A stretch of DNA of 32,850 nucleotides from Vermamoeba vermiformis (taxonomy: Eukaryota): positions 62,001 to 94,850 of the forward strand of contig JBEWZL010000057.1 of NCBI GenBank assembly GCA_045837725.1, read 5' to 3'. Numbering within the stretch: position 1 is the first letter of the stretch; each line of letters opens with the position of its first letter. Below, piece after piece: positions 21,857 to 32,838 of this stretch. Position numbers and translations under genes: made by a program. Under the pieces are notes generated by a model. It had not been told where the DNA came from, made no database searches, and was given only the letters and a program-made list of their open reading frames with translations.

Positions 21857-21931
21857 GCGAGTGCAGGTCGCTGAAGACACGCTCAGCAACGAGGATTAAT
21901 AAAGTTCTGTGATATAATTGTATTATTACAT

Positions 21932-23969
21932 TTATTCATATTCATCGTCCTCGCTTTCCACTTTTGTCAGCATGTCAGCTAGCCGTTCATGAATGATACT
22001 GAACGACGGTCGCTTTTCAGGCTGCGAGTGCCAACAAAGTGTCATCAGTTCGTAATATTCTACACAGCCACCCCACACTGCGTCGGGTGCTTTAGGTCTC
22101 AAGCCTTTATGCACCATCGAGCGAATGTCAGCGTCTACTCTGTCGTGGTACGGAATCATTTGAGCGCTGAAAAGAAGCGTTAAAATCGTTGGACCGAGTG
22201 TCAGCAGTACGTACCCTAACTCAAACATGACTATTCCAAAACTATATACATCGGCCTTTTCCATCGATTTGCATTGTTTCTTCAAAATCTCAGGAGCCAT
22301 CCACCGTAGCGTGCCCATGCGCTTGTCTGTTTGTGAACAGCCGTCTTCAACCTCCTCTGACAGACCCAGATCCGACACTAAAGGTGGTTAGTTTCTTATT
22401 ATGGACATGATAGTGTCCATCGTTTAATGTACCTTTGATTTTGAATTCTTTCGATATTAGCAAGTTCTTGCTGTTCAAGTCGCAGTGCCTTATTTTCGAT
22501 TTGTGCAGATACACCATCGTCGATGCAACATCTTTAGCTAATGAGACCTAGAGGACGGTTAGAAAACATATTGACCCTATTAGCACTTACTTTTCGTTTC
22601 CAAGACAACTCCGGTGCTCCTCTGTTGTGCAGCAGATTGAACAAGCTGCCTCGTTCCATCCACTCCAGAATGAACCAGCGCTGGTCAGGTACACATGCGA
22701 GGAACTGTACGAGGCCTGGATGACGCAGCGCTGTTAGACGAGCCAATTCACGCTTGAACTCGCTGTCCGAGACCTTTTTGTTGAGACACTTGATCGCGAC
22801 TTCGAGGCCCTGCAGCTGATTAGCACTGCCATTGAATCGAACAAACGAGGTATGCTTACTCTGAAGGTGCCTTTGTAGACATTGGCAAAGTGTCCTTGAC
22901 CGAGCAACATGCCTTCTTTGTGCACTTCACTCACGTCCACAGCCCAGTACTCCAACACGCTCTCGAGACTGACCTTGCTATTTGTCTTCGCTAATTCTGG
23001 TTTCTTGAGCTCTTGTTCATTGTGTTCCTCGTTGTCATTGTCCTGATTGATGGTGTTTTTATTCTTTGGACTCGTGCGTGCCTTGGACTTGGGCGATCGT
23101 TTCTGCGGACTTTCAAATCGCTTGTTATTGACCTCTATGCGTGGCACTTCAATGTTGTTTGTTTCATTCGTATTGTTGGATATTTCAGGTGATGGCCCTG
23201 GTGATGAGCCGAGCAGCAAATTCATTTTTTCTTCGAGCATCGGATCTACATCCGGTGTATGATACAGTTTTGCCTTTTTAGGTAATTTGAAACCATCTGC
23301 ATATGGTAAATTAATACTGAGATATCGGTATAGATTTATTGGCCTTACCCGCGTCTCTAGAATCACTGCGTTTCCGTTTTCGATTCAGCAGATCCACGTT
23401 CTTGTCTTGAATCCGCTTCAATATTTCCAATTTTGACTATTCCTTATTAGTTGACTGTGGTCATAGTATAGTCACACATTATACGTACGACATTGAGCTC
23501 TTGCATGCACGCCAACAGCAACTGTCCGGTGCACGATGTGATATTCGAATGCCTAGCCTCTATCGCTGCAATGCGTAGTGTTTTTATCGCGTCCAAAAAT
23601 TCACGAAAATAAATGTATTTGTCTTGCAGTATTTTCTGCGAGAATAAGAGCTAGTATTAAGCAAGGAAATGACGCGACAATATCCGTATTTGCGTATTTA
23701 AATAAATTATTTTAAATTGCACAGACCAGCAATTTTATATTGCGAGATAATAATTACCTGTTTAATTTGTTTTAACTGTCGGATTAAGTGAGATGTGTCC
23801 GGAAGGCCAGGAGAAGGAGGAACGTACTCGTCGATCGCGCTCTAAAATTATTTGTAATTTATTAATATATAATTTATGCTTAGAAATAGCCAGACAGTAC
23901 CTCTATGTAATGCAAACAGGATTTGACTGCTTCCTGAAATCTGGCATAGGGAATGTCGTTGGAGCTCAT
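21932..23969 (-). CDS. Tyrosine-kinase-like (TKL) Ser/Thr kinase, non-RD, with N-terminal helical domain (8 exons)
   Basis: GQGHFANVYKG, VAIK, FKREL, LRHPGLVQF, HCDLNSKNLL, VSDLGLS, GTLRWMAPE, DVYSFG, CWHSQPEKRPSF. Upstream exons from ATG 23969 splice in phase. Confidence 0.9.
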
Positions 23970-24144
23970 TATTGTATTATTTCTACCTATTTGGCATGTT
24001 TGTATTAAATATATGGTGGTATTGTTATCAGTTCCTCTAAAAATAAAATTTGAATTATGGCGGCAAACCAAACCTTTCGTGAACTCACCTTCCAAAACAT
24101 TATTATCGCCACAATAACGAACACAAGAGCTAGTTTTGTTAATA

Positions 24145-25854
24145 ATGTTGCGCCGAATCGTTCAGAAAACAGCCCCGCGTGTCAGATCGGCTCTGTCACG
24201 AGCAAACACGTAAGTGATTGATTTACAATGCAAAATCACTTATTTATACGTCTATTATTTAAAGCATACTAATTACAACCATTTTGTAGGCGTAAAACTT
24301 CGCTGTTTCAATCGAAAATTAGTGGATGTACTACCCAGGCGACACTGACGCACAAAGAGGTAAATAATCCACCAAAAATATACAAATATTTTTAGCAAAT
24401 TTTAATAATTATTTTAGTCGTCCAGCAATCATACCATCGGATCTCGATCCTTTCATTGCTCTCCACTTCGCTTGACCGCTAATATGGACCCTGAAAAGCG
24501 CAGAAGTACGTATATATGTAGATATCTGCCAATACTAACGTATTATTTTCAGCCAGCATCGCGAGGTACCTCAAGCTCGGAGCTGACAAAGCTAAATCAA
24601 ACAAATTAAATGAAGCTCTCGCGGCCTATCAGATGGTGTTGCAGTACGATGACTTGCATTTAGAGGCGCATCAACGTACGCATTATAATCTAGCAGTGTC
24701 GAGTACTAACAACTCTTAGAATGTGGTCTGTTGTTGCATCAGTTGGGCCGCAACACCGAGGCCACAAAGCACTTGAAGACCGCGATCACTTTGGACTCGC
24801 AGAATCCCGAGACATTTTTGGTATTTGCACGAGTGTTGATGGCACAGGACTTCAGAGACGCAGCTTATGATTACATGAAGCGTGCTGCTAAAGGTATGAC
24901 TTTAGGCCATTACTTTCAAAGACTAACGGGCTGTTTATTAGTCGATGTGGATAATCTTACCGCATACAAAATGATGGCAGAGTTTGAAGTGAAGACTGGC
25001 CGACTGGATCACGCGCTAAGAAACCTTCGTGTGGCCGCAAAACTTAATCCTGAAGACACGGATGTGATGATTCAAGCTGGATTAGGTAATATTATCGTGC
25101 ATGACAGAGGATCGTATAATTAATATCTGATTTAGTGGAGCTCGAAAAAAACAACTACAGCGCAGCCCTGGAGTTGTTGACAAAAGCAATTCAAAAGCCA
25201 TTGCCCGGTGCACATCGCGCTATGAGTCGATTCCACACTACACAAAAAGACTACAACAATGCCATTGAAAGTTTGAAGAAAGCGCAAGACATCAATGCTG
25301 AGGACAACGAGACCGATCTTGCGTTCGCTGAAGTGTACGTGCTCACAGGTGACAAAATGAAAGCCAAACAGCACATCGACAACATCTTGAAGCGACAAGC
25401 CAACAATGTCGAGGCGTTGTATTTATTGGCCAAGATGTCGTTGGAGGAACAGAACTACGGCCGCGTGCAAGAGTTGTGCACCAAGATCTTGAACACAAAC
25501 ATCAAATTCACCGCTGGCTATCAACTGGCGGGTATTAGTTACCTCAGGCAATTAGACAGCAGCAATGCCGATGAAAAGAAGTTGCGAAAAGAAGCACTCA
25601 AGTACTTGCGATTAGCTGAAATTGCTGATCCAAAAGACTTGCAAACCACCGCGTTGTTGAGCGTGGCCTTCGAGCAGCAAGAAGAGTGGCAGCCAGTAGT
25701 CAAGAAGATATTGGACGCACATCGCGGCTTGAGTAGAGCAGCAGACGTATTGAACATGCAGCTGCAAGACAAGAAGTGGAACAACATTTTGATTGAGCGA
25801 GCAGTCAAGACGGATCCCAGTCAAGAAATACAAATCAAAGCAGCGCTGCAATAA
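24145..25854 (+). CDS. Mitochondrion-targeted TPR-repeat protein (7 exons)
   Basis: Presequence MLRRIVQKTAPRVRSALSR…RSFHCS, with an RxFxxS cleavage-like motif. Multiple TPR units, e.g. GLLLHQLGRNTEATKHLKTAITLDSQNP and GRLDHALRNLRVAAKLNPED. Confidence 0.85.
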
Positions 25855-25864
25855 AGCGTCGAGT

Positions 25865-27558
25865 TTAATAGTCGCTCAACTTGTCTCGCAAAATATCAAA
25901 TTTGAATAGAATTCGCTCTGCTTGTTTCAACGTGTGCTCTTCTGTTTGGGATGCGTCGATCTGAACATTCAGTTAATTATATTCCGCTGTGAATGGTGCG
26001 TAATTACCTCAGCCAGTCTATTTAGTTTTTTGTAGTGGTCTAGCACAGGTACCATGTTTTCAGTGAACGTATTCAATCGATTTTGAATGCACTGCTCCGT
26101 GTCATCACTTCGCCCTGCAAAACAATAGACATCAGAAAAGGTTGCTGACGCCATGTTTGCTTTTTACCTCGCGCTAGTAGTCGGTTCTTGACGATATCAG
26201 GCTGGCAATCCAAGTGCAATATGACGTCACAGGGACCGAACTGAACGAATTAACACTCGTCACCGTAAAAACAACACTTTTGCCTTACCATTTCTTCAAA
26301 GCTCTCGGCACGGTCAAGCGATGAAGGATAGCCGTCGATGATAAAGTTAGCATTCAGTTGAAATCTCGCTTGCGACTCTGCGTTCAACTTTTCCATTGCG
26401 TTACTAAGCAAGCTCAAACTGATATCTTTTGATATCAACACGCCTTGATCAATGGACTGTTTAATTGCTTCGGCATTAGGTCCGTTGTTTGCGACTTCAG
26501 CACTAATTTCACTATTAGATCCATCAATCTTGCACGTGAGTTGTAGCTTACCGTAATAGATCTCCCACCGACAAATGCTCAATATGATATTTAGCTTTCA
26601 ATGCTTCGCACAGCGTGCCTTTACCAGCGCCAGGTCGACCTTGATAGGGCGTTAGTTTGCACGCGTGAGAAATATATTAATACGTACCTAGCACGAACAC
26701 TACTCGTGAAAATGAGCGCTGAAATAGCACTCTATTGTCGGGTGCGTATTGACGAGTGTTTAGTGAGTTCAGCACGCGGTCGAAGAGTTGATCTGTGGGC
26801 TGCAAGCCATCAATAACATGCACATCTGCACCGTGATTAGTAACGATGTGATTGAGACGAATATTAATGCAAAGAAATACCGTTCATTAAGCACACGCGT
26901 TTGTTGAACCGTACGTAGCCAGGCCAAATGAGCAGCGCGAAGTACTCTTCAAAATGGGGCTCGGGAAATTTCCATTTGGAGTTCGCTTTCAACCTAAACA
27001 CATACCGCTTCATTAGCTCGCCCATATGGTCTATTGCGTGCATACCTTCGTTCGTGGCAGAGTTGTTTTGGAATAGCGATGAAGTACTTTACATCCAACA
27101 AATTGGTGATTCGTTCCTCGTGATACAATAGAAACCCTTCAACTATAATTAATGCCTCCTTATACTGTTCATTCGCTTGCAAGTTCTCTCTCGCTTCGTT
27201 CTTAGTGTCAATAAGGGCTCGGTAAAACCGATCAAAGTCCATTGCCTCGGGGCACTCCCAATTATCAAACGATAACGTGCCGAAGAAGTGCTTTGGCTTA
27301 ACTGTTTTAAAATAGGTGTCTTGACCAATATGATACACGGCAATATTATTTTGACTTTTAAAGTGATTGAAAAGGGCACGAGATAACGTTGTTTTGCCTG
27401 ATCTCGTCGAACCTCCGATGCCAATTATACCTTAAAAACTTTAAATTATAAATGCATATTTTTTCTATGATTAGTTGTGGTGTTAAAGGGAATTTTTGTG
27501 TGCAAAATTAATGAGCAGATGGTGGGTAAGTTCACGTACGGATTGAATCTCTATCCAT
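25865..27558 (-). CDS. Fusion: nicotinamide riboside kinase (NRK/NMRK-like) + short-type adenylate/UMP-CMP kinase domain (9 exons)
   Basis: NRK: IIGIGGSTRSGKTTL, IGQDTYFK, NWECPEAMDF, IIVEGFLLY, CHERR, YFALLIWPGY, VIDG. NMP kinase: VVFVLGRPGAGKGT, HLSVGDLLRAEV, FIIDGYP, RLLARGRSDD, IQNRLNTF, PVLDHY, IDA. Exon 26825-26688 joins the two domains without a stop. Confidence 0.88.
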
Positions 27559-27718
27559 ATCTACTAAGTGGTAATTAGTTTTTCTGATTTGTGGTGATCT
27601 GCAACGCGTTGTCTGAATAAAATCTCGAGATTTTCAACTTTTAATTTTAATTTTTCCGTGTTGAAACCAAACACAGCTCTTTGTATTAATATAATATTTA
27701 ATATATTTCTGCATCAGC

Positions 27719-28510
27719 ATGGGCAGCTCATTGGCAAAGGAGGTCGACAAATTGGCAGAGGCCAAGGAACCAACAACAGAATTGAATCTGCACGAGAAGA
27801 AAATTACTGCATTGCCTCCAAATATTGGCAAATTAAAGAGCTTGACATACGTTAATTTGTCTTCGAATTTACTCAAAACTTTGCCCAAGGAAATCGGAGA
27901 TGTTAGATCATTGACTACACTGAAGCTATTCAACAATAAGTTAGACGAGATTCCTGTCGAAATTATCAATCTTGGTAATTTACAAGAGCTCAATTTGGCT
28001 GTCAATAGATTGCAGAAGTTGCCAAAAGGATTTGGAGGATTTCACAACTTAACATTTTTAGATTTGAGTTACAACGAGATTGAAGAGCTGCCTCTGCAAG
28101 TCGGTCTAATGCCTGCCCTCAAAGAAATATTTTTATCACATAATTTGTTGAAGAAATTGCCCGTGGAAATGGGCAAATTGAAAAGCTTGCGAAAGCTGAT
28201 GGCGTCGAACAACTTGATTGAAGCACTCCCAGCAGAACTTGGTGCACTAGTCGAGCTCAAGCAAATCGATTTGACGACAAACAAGATTCGTTTAATTCCT
28301 CCAGAAGTCGCCAAAATTGAAACTTTGATCCGCATCGACCTCAGCGACAATCCGAACTTGCACCCGAAGATTAAAGAGCACGCACGATTAGGTCAGCCTA
28401 AATTATTAGAGTATTTGCGCAGTCCTGAATATTTCGATCTCTACGAAGTCGAAAAGGACAAGCCAGTAGACACCGACGCTAAAGAGAAGAAAAAGAAGAA
28501 CAAGATGTAA
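27719..28510 (+). CDS. RSU1: Leucine-rich-repeat protein, RSU1 (Ras suppressor protein 1)-like; single exon
   Basis: Tandem LxxLxLxxNxLxxLPxEIG repeats. The C-cap NP…LGQPKLLEYLRSPEYFDLY resembles RSU1 LGVSHVFEYIRSETYKYLY. Length 263 aa with a basic C-terminal tail. Confidence 0.7.
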   Translation: MGSSLAKEVDKLAEAKEPTTELNLHEKKITALPPNIGKLKSLTYVNLSSNLLKTLPKEIGDVRSLTTLKLFNNKLDEIPVEIINLGNLQELNLAVNRLQKLPKGFGGFHNLTFLDLSYNEIEELPLQVGLMPALKEIFLSHNLLKKLPVEMGKLKSLRKLMASNNLIEALPAELGALVELKQIDLTTNKIRLIPPEVAKIETLIRIDLSDNPNLHPKIKEHARLGQPKLLEYLRSPEYFDLYEVEKDKPVDTDAKEKKKKNKM

Positions 28511-28693
28511 TTTTATGATAAATTGTTTAGTATTGTGGTTTTAAAATGATTTTTTTTGTTGTTGCTGTTCAAAGTTTCAAATCTGAAAATTTGCCGCCAT
28601 TATTTGTTTGGCGGATGAAGTGAAGCACAAAAGGCGTTATCAATTAGCCTTGCTTTTGTTTAATTAATCGAAGCGAAGGCCTAGTATTAACAA

Positions 28694-31600
28694 ATGGCTA
28701 CCGCAAGGCGAAGAACGCGCGCCGAAGATGCAGATGGCGATAGCGAACAGCCCCAAGCCAAGCGGCCGCGTTTATCAAATATTAATGGGTAAGCATATTT
28801 ATTGGCATGATTTATTAAACCAGAAATTGGTACCTCGTTTGGGAACAATAATGTTAGTTATTCTCAAATTTTTAAAATAGAAAATTAGCTTCAATCAATA
28901 TAGTGATAATTTTAATTCTTCAGTTTCCATAATAATTATAATTTTAATTTGCAAAATTAATTGCTCTGCCGGCAGATTCGAGATCGCCTTTTCTGAGAAA
29001 CCGTTCGATCTGTAAAATTTAACTATTAATTACTAAGCAATTATTTATCAGAACTACCACTACAGTTGCTGTTCGTGGTGAGTACCGTCACGGAAGTGTC
29101 GTCAGGATCGAGATGCACAACTTTGTGACCTACAACTCGTGCGTCGTTTACCCTGGTCCTCGACTCAACGTAGTGATTGGCCCAAACGGCACGGGCAAAT
29201 CAACGCTCGTGTGCGCGTTGGCTCTGGGCCTCGGTGGACCGACTTCCATCTTGGGCCGAGCGAAGGACGTGGCTGATTTCATTCGTCACGGTGCAGGTAT
29301 GTGATACTGTGCGAGCTCTAGTTACATATTAATATGACGTGCAGAGTCGGCAACTGTTACCATCGAGTTGTTCAACACTAAGAACAAAGCGAAGAACTGG
29401 GTGGTCACGCGTGAAATTCACCGTGACAACTCGTCCAAGTGGAAATTAAACGGCACCACCGTCACCAAAAAAGAGATTTCTACAGTAAGCGAGAACATAT
29501 TTACAAGATTGATGCGCTAACAGTGCTTGTACAGCTGATGACGGAGTTGAACATTCAAGTCGAGAATTTGTGTCAGTTCTTGCCGCAAGATAAAGTCGCG
29601 TCATTCGCAGCGATGAACTCCACGACTCTATTGCGCGAGACAGAACGCGCTGTTGGTGGCCAAGAAATGGTGGACATGCATGATCAACTCGTTGACTTAA
29701 AGAAAGAAGAGACCAACTTGAGTCAACAGTTAGAGCAACGCAATCAAGTGCTCGAAGGCTTGCGAAAAGCTAATCAAGCTCTTGAACGCGATGTGCTACG
29801 GTTCAGAGAGCGCGAGAAGTGTTTGGAAGAAGTCAAGTTGTTGGAGCAGAAGCGGCTGTGGCTTTTATGGGACGAGTCCAGGCAACGTTATGATGAACTC
29901 AAAAAGAGTTTGGCCAAGTCTCAGAGTGAATTAGAGCGGTTAGAGAATCAGCAAAAGCCGCTGAAGGATCAAATCGAGGAACTCGATCAAATTTTACAAG
30001 TAAGTTGGCTGACGTGACCTACCGGCCTTACTAACGATAATTTAGCAATGTGAAGATGAAATGAATAAACAACGAGAAATTATGAAGAAAATTGACCAAA
30101 ATCGCAAATCGAAGATGGAAATGCTCGAAAAGCACATGGAAGAATTAGATGCTGTAAAAGAAGAATACGGTGGTCTGCACAGACGTGCTGAAGACCGCAA
30201 GAAAGAGGCAGAAAGAATTCAGAATGGTATTCGACAACTGAAAGTGGACATTGTCGACGTCTACAAGAAAATACAGAAGATTTCAAACGCAGGAACTGGC
30301 GAGGATGGCGACGATCGATCTAACAGACGCAAGTCTACAGCATTAAAGCTCGATGTGTCGAACATTGACATCGATGACGACGATGACTTTAATCGCGTTG
30401 TTAATGCATTGCACGCGGACTTGGATGCTAAGTTAGCCGATTGTAACACTCGTACTGCTAAGCTGAAGAAGGACACCGAAGATATTTTCGAATCGCAGCG
30501 TGATTGGCGTATTAAAGACCGCGAGTCGGAAGCAACTTTGAAAGAAAGGATTCAACAACTGAAACAGATCGATGACGCACGCTCACAAAGGGTCGAAAAT
30601 CTCAGAATGAAAGACGCTGCCGCGCACACTGCGTGGGCGTGGATTCAAAAGAACACGCACTTATTTCAGAAGCGAGTGTACGGTCCTGTTGCCCTTGAGT
30701 TGAACGTCAAGGTACAGTTACAACCTTCCCTTCTCCGCCACAATTTAACTAATCTGCTTATTGTTAGAATCCTTTGCACGGCGATTATCTGGAGCAAATT
30801 ATTCCTGGTTACATCATGTACAGTTTTATAGTTCAAACCAAGTACGTAGCGCAGATACTTGGAGCGAATAGCAATCTAATCGTGTTACAGAGAGGATCGT
30901 GAGACATTGTTGCGAGAACTTTACGAGCGTCAAGGTCTTTCCATCAAAGTCAATTACGCAGATCCAGCCAAACTTCCAGAGATCAGGAGACCCCATCCGA
31001 TTGAAGAACTGAAGCAGTTCGGGGTGACTCATTACATGGACCAAACGTAAGCTTGGCTTTGACTGTTTTCTTTGGGTCTGACTTGTTTTAGATTCGAATG
31101 CGACGAACATTTGAAGCACGTGCTGTGCAGTTTAGCTGATTTGCACAGAGCTGCCGCGGGTTCGCAACAAACGTCGGGCAAGGTCGAAGATTTCTTCAAC
31201 AAAACAAACCTTCGTGTGCTGTTTACACCGGACTCATCCTACTTCAAGAACACCTCGCTGTACAGCCATAAGTCTAGTACTTCCGTCAAACCTTTGAAGA
31301 GATCACGCTTGTTTTCGGGTGTTGACATGGAGCGACGAAAGCAATTGTTAGTAAGTAACTAGCGGTGTAAGAAAATGAAGCTGAACCTAACAATCGTTAG
31401 AAAACAATCGAAGACCACGAACAACGACGTGCAGAGTGCAGAACTGAATTGGAAATGTTGCAGTCGCAAGAAAAAACGCTCCAAGAACAGCAAAACAATC
31501 TCAAGCGCGAGCGTGAGGGCTTTTTAACCGAAAAGAAGCGAATTGACTCTGTAGTTCGCAAGATCCAAGTCTATTCCGATCAGCTCAAGAACGTTAACGC

Positions 31601-32838
31601 TGAAGAAAATCTGGAGCGCGAGACAGCAAAGTTGAAGGCCAAAGAGAAGGAGGTCAGTTGAAGCATTGCTCGAAGCGGATTCGTGTGCTAATCTCTACCT
31701 TCTACAGATCAACTCCAAGCGCGAGAAACTCGTGCAATCCCTCGTTCAAATGATGAAAGGCCTTGGTGATGCAGCTCGTGCCTGCGACATGTGGTTTTTG
31801 AAGCGTACCGTAGCTAGAACCAAACGTGATGCGCGGGCCAATCAACTCAAAGATTCCAGCCAAGCGATGAAAGATTTGACTCGTAGAGTGCAAGAAGATA
31901 CTATTGCAGCTACCGAAGCCAAGCATGACGCTGCTAGACTCAAAGAAGAAGCACAACGCGCCGCACCGCTCACGGCAGACCGTAAAGCAGCCTTCGAGAA
32001 TTTGCCGAAAACGAAGGGAGAGTACGTTACTTTGTACACCTAATCAGTTGAGTTTTCCATTAACGCATGTACAGGATTGACGATCAAATAGCACGACTAA
32101 AAGTTAAAGCGGATCTTAACTGGGCTGCCAATCCGAAGGTTATTGAAGATTACGAGGCGAGACGAGCGGAAATTCAGCGTTTAGAAGGTGGGTTGGATTT
32201 TCTTTTCAAGTGTTACTAGAGCTAACGTATTTGCGCTTAGCCGAACTCAATGATGAGCAACAAGGCATTGATGGCAAGAAACACGCGATTGCACGCATTC
32301 TTGGGCAATGGAAGCCAAAGCTAGAGGAGATTGTGACGGGACTGAACAGCACTTTCAGCAAGTCCTTCGTCGAAATTGGATGCGCTGGTGAAGTCAAGCT
32401 GAATATTGACGAGTCGGATTACACGAAGGCAGGAATTGAAATTTGGGTCAAGTTCCGCGCCGTTGATCCTCTGCGACAACTCGATGCACACGTACAATCA
32501 GGAGGAGAGCGATCTGTGTGCACGATGCTTTATTTGATTGCACTGCAGGCAAGTATTGATATCGTTATCTTATTCATTGTTTCTGACTCCTCTTAAAGCA
32601 TTTAACATCGTCCCCATTCCGGCTGGTAGACGAAATCAATCAAGGCATGGATCCATATAACGAAAGAATGGTGTTTGAGCGGTTAGTGCAAACAGCCAAC
32701 AAGCCTAATCTGCCACAGTACTTTTTGATCACACCAAAATTGCTGACTGATTTGACTTACACCAAAGACATGACTGTGCTCACAATTTTTAATGGGCCTT
32801 GGTTCTTTGACCGCTGGGACCTTTCTTATTTGGAATAA
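28694..32838 (+). CDS. SMC5: Structural maintenance of chromosomes protein 5 (multi-exon; last intron GC-AG)
   Basis: HNFVTY, PGPRLNVVIGPNGTGKSTLVCALALGLGG, LGRA, NIQVENLCQFLPQDKV, coiled coils and hinge (VYGPVALE), IWVKFR, QSGGERSVCTMLYLIALQ, PFRLVDEINQGMDPYNER, QYFLITPKLLTDL. Confidence 0.97.

Noticed and set aside
4133-28510. Apparent Ras-themed cluster (Ras-BTB, ERF4-like, Ras-RhoGAP, RSU1-like)
   Set aside because: The genes are interspersed with unrelated ones and these families are often expanded in protists. There is no evidence of co-regulation.
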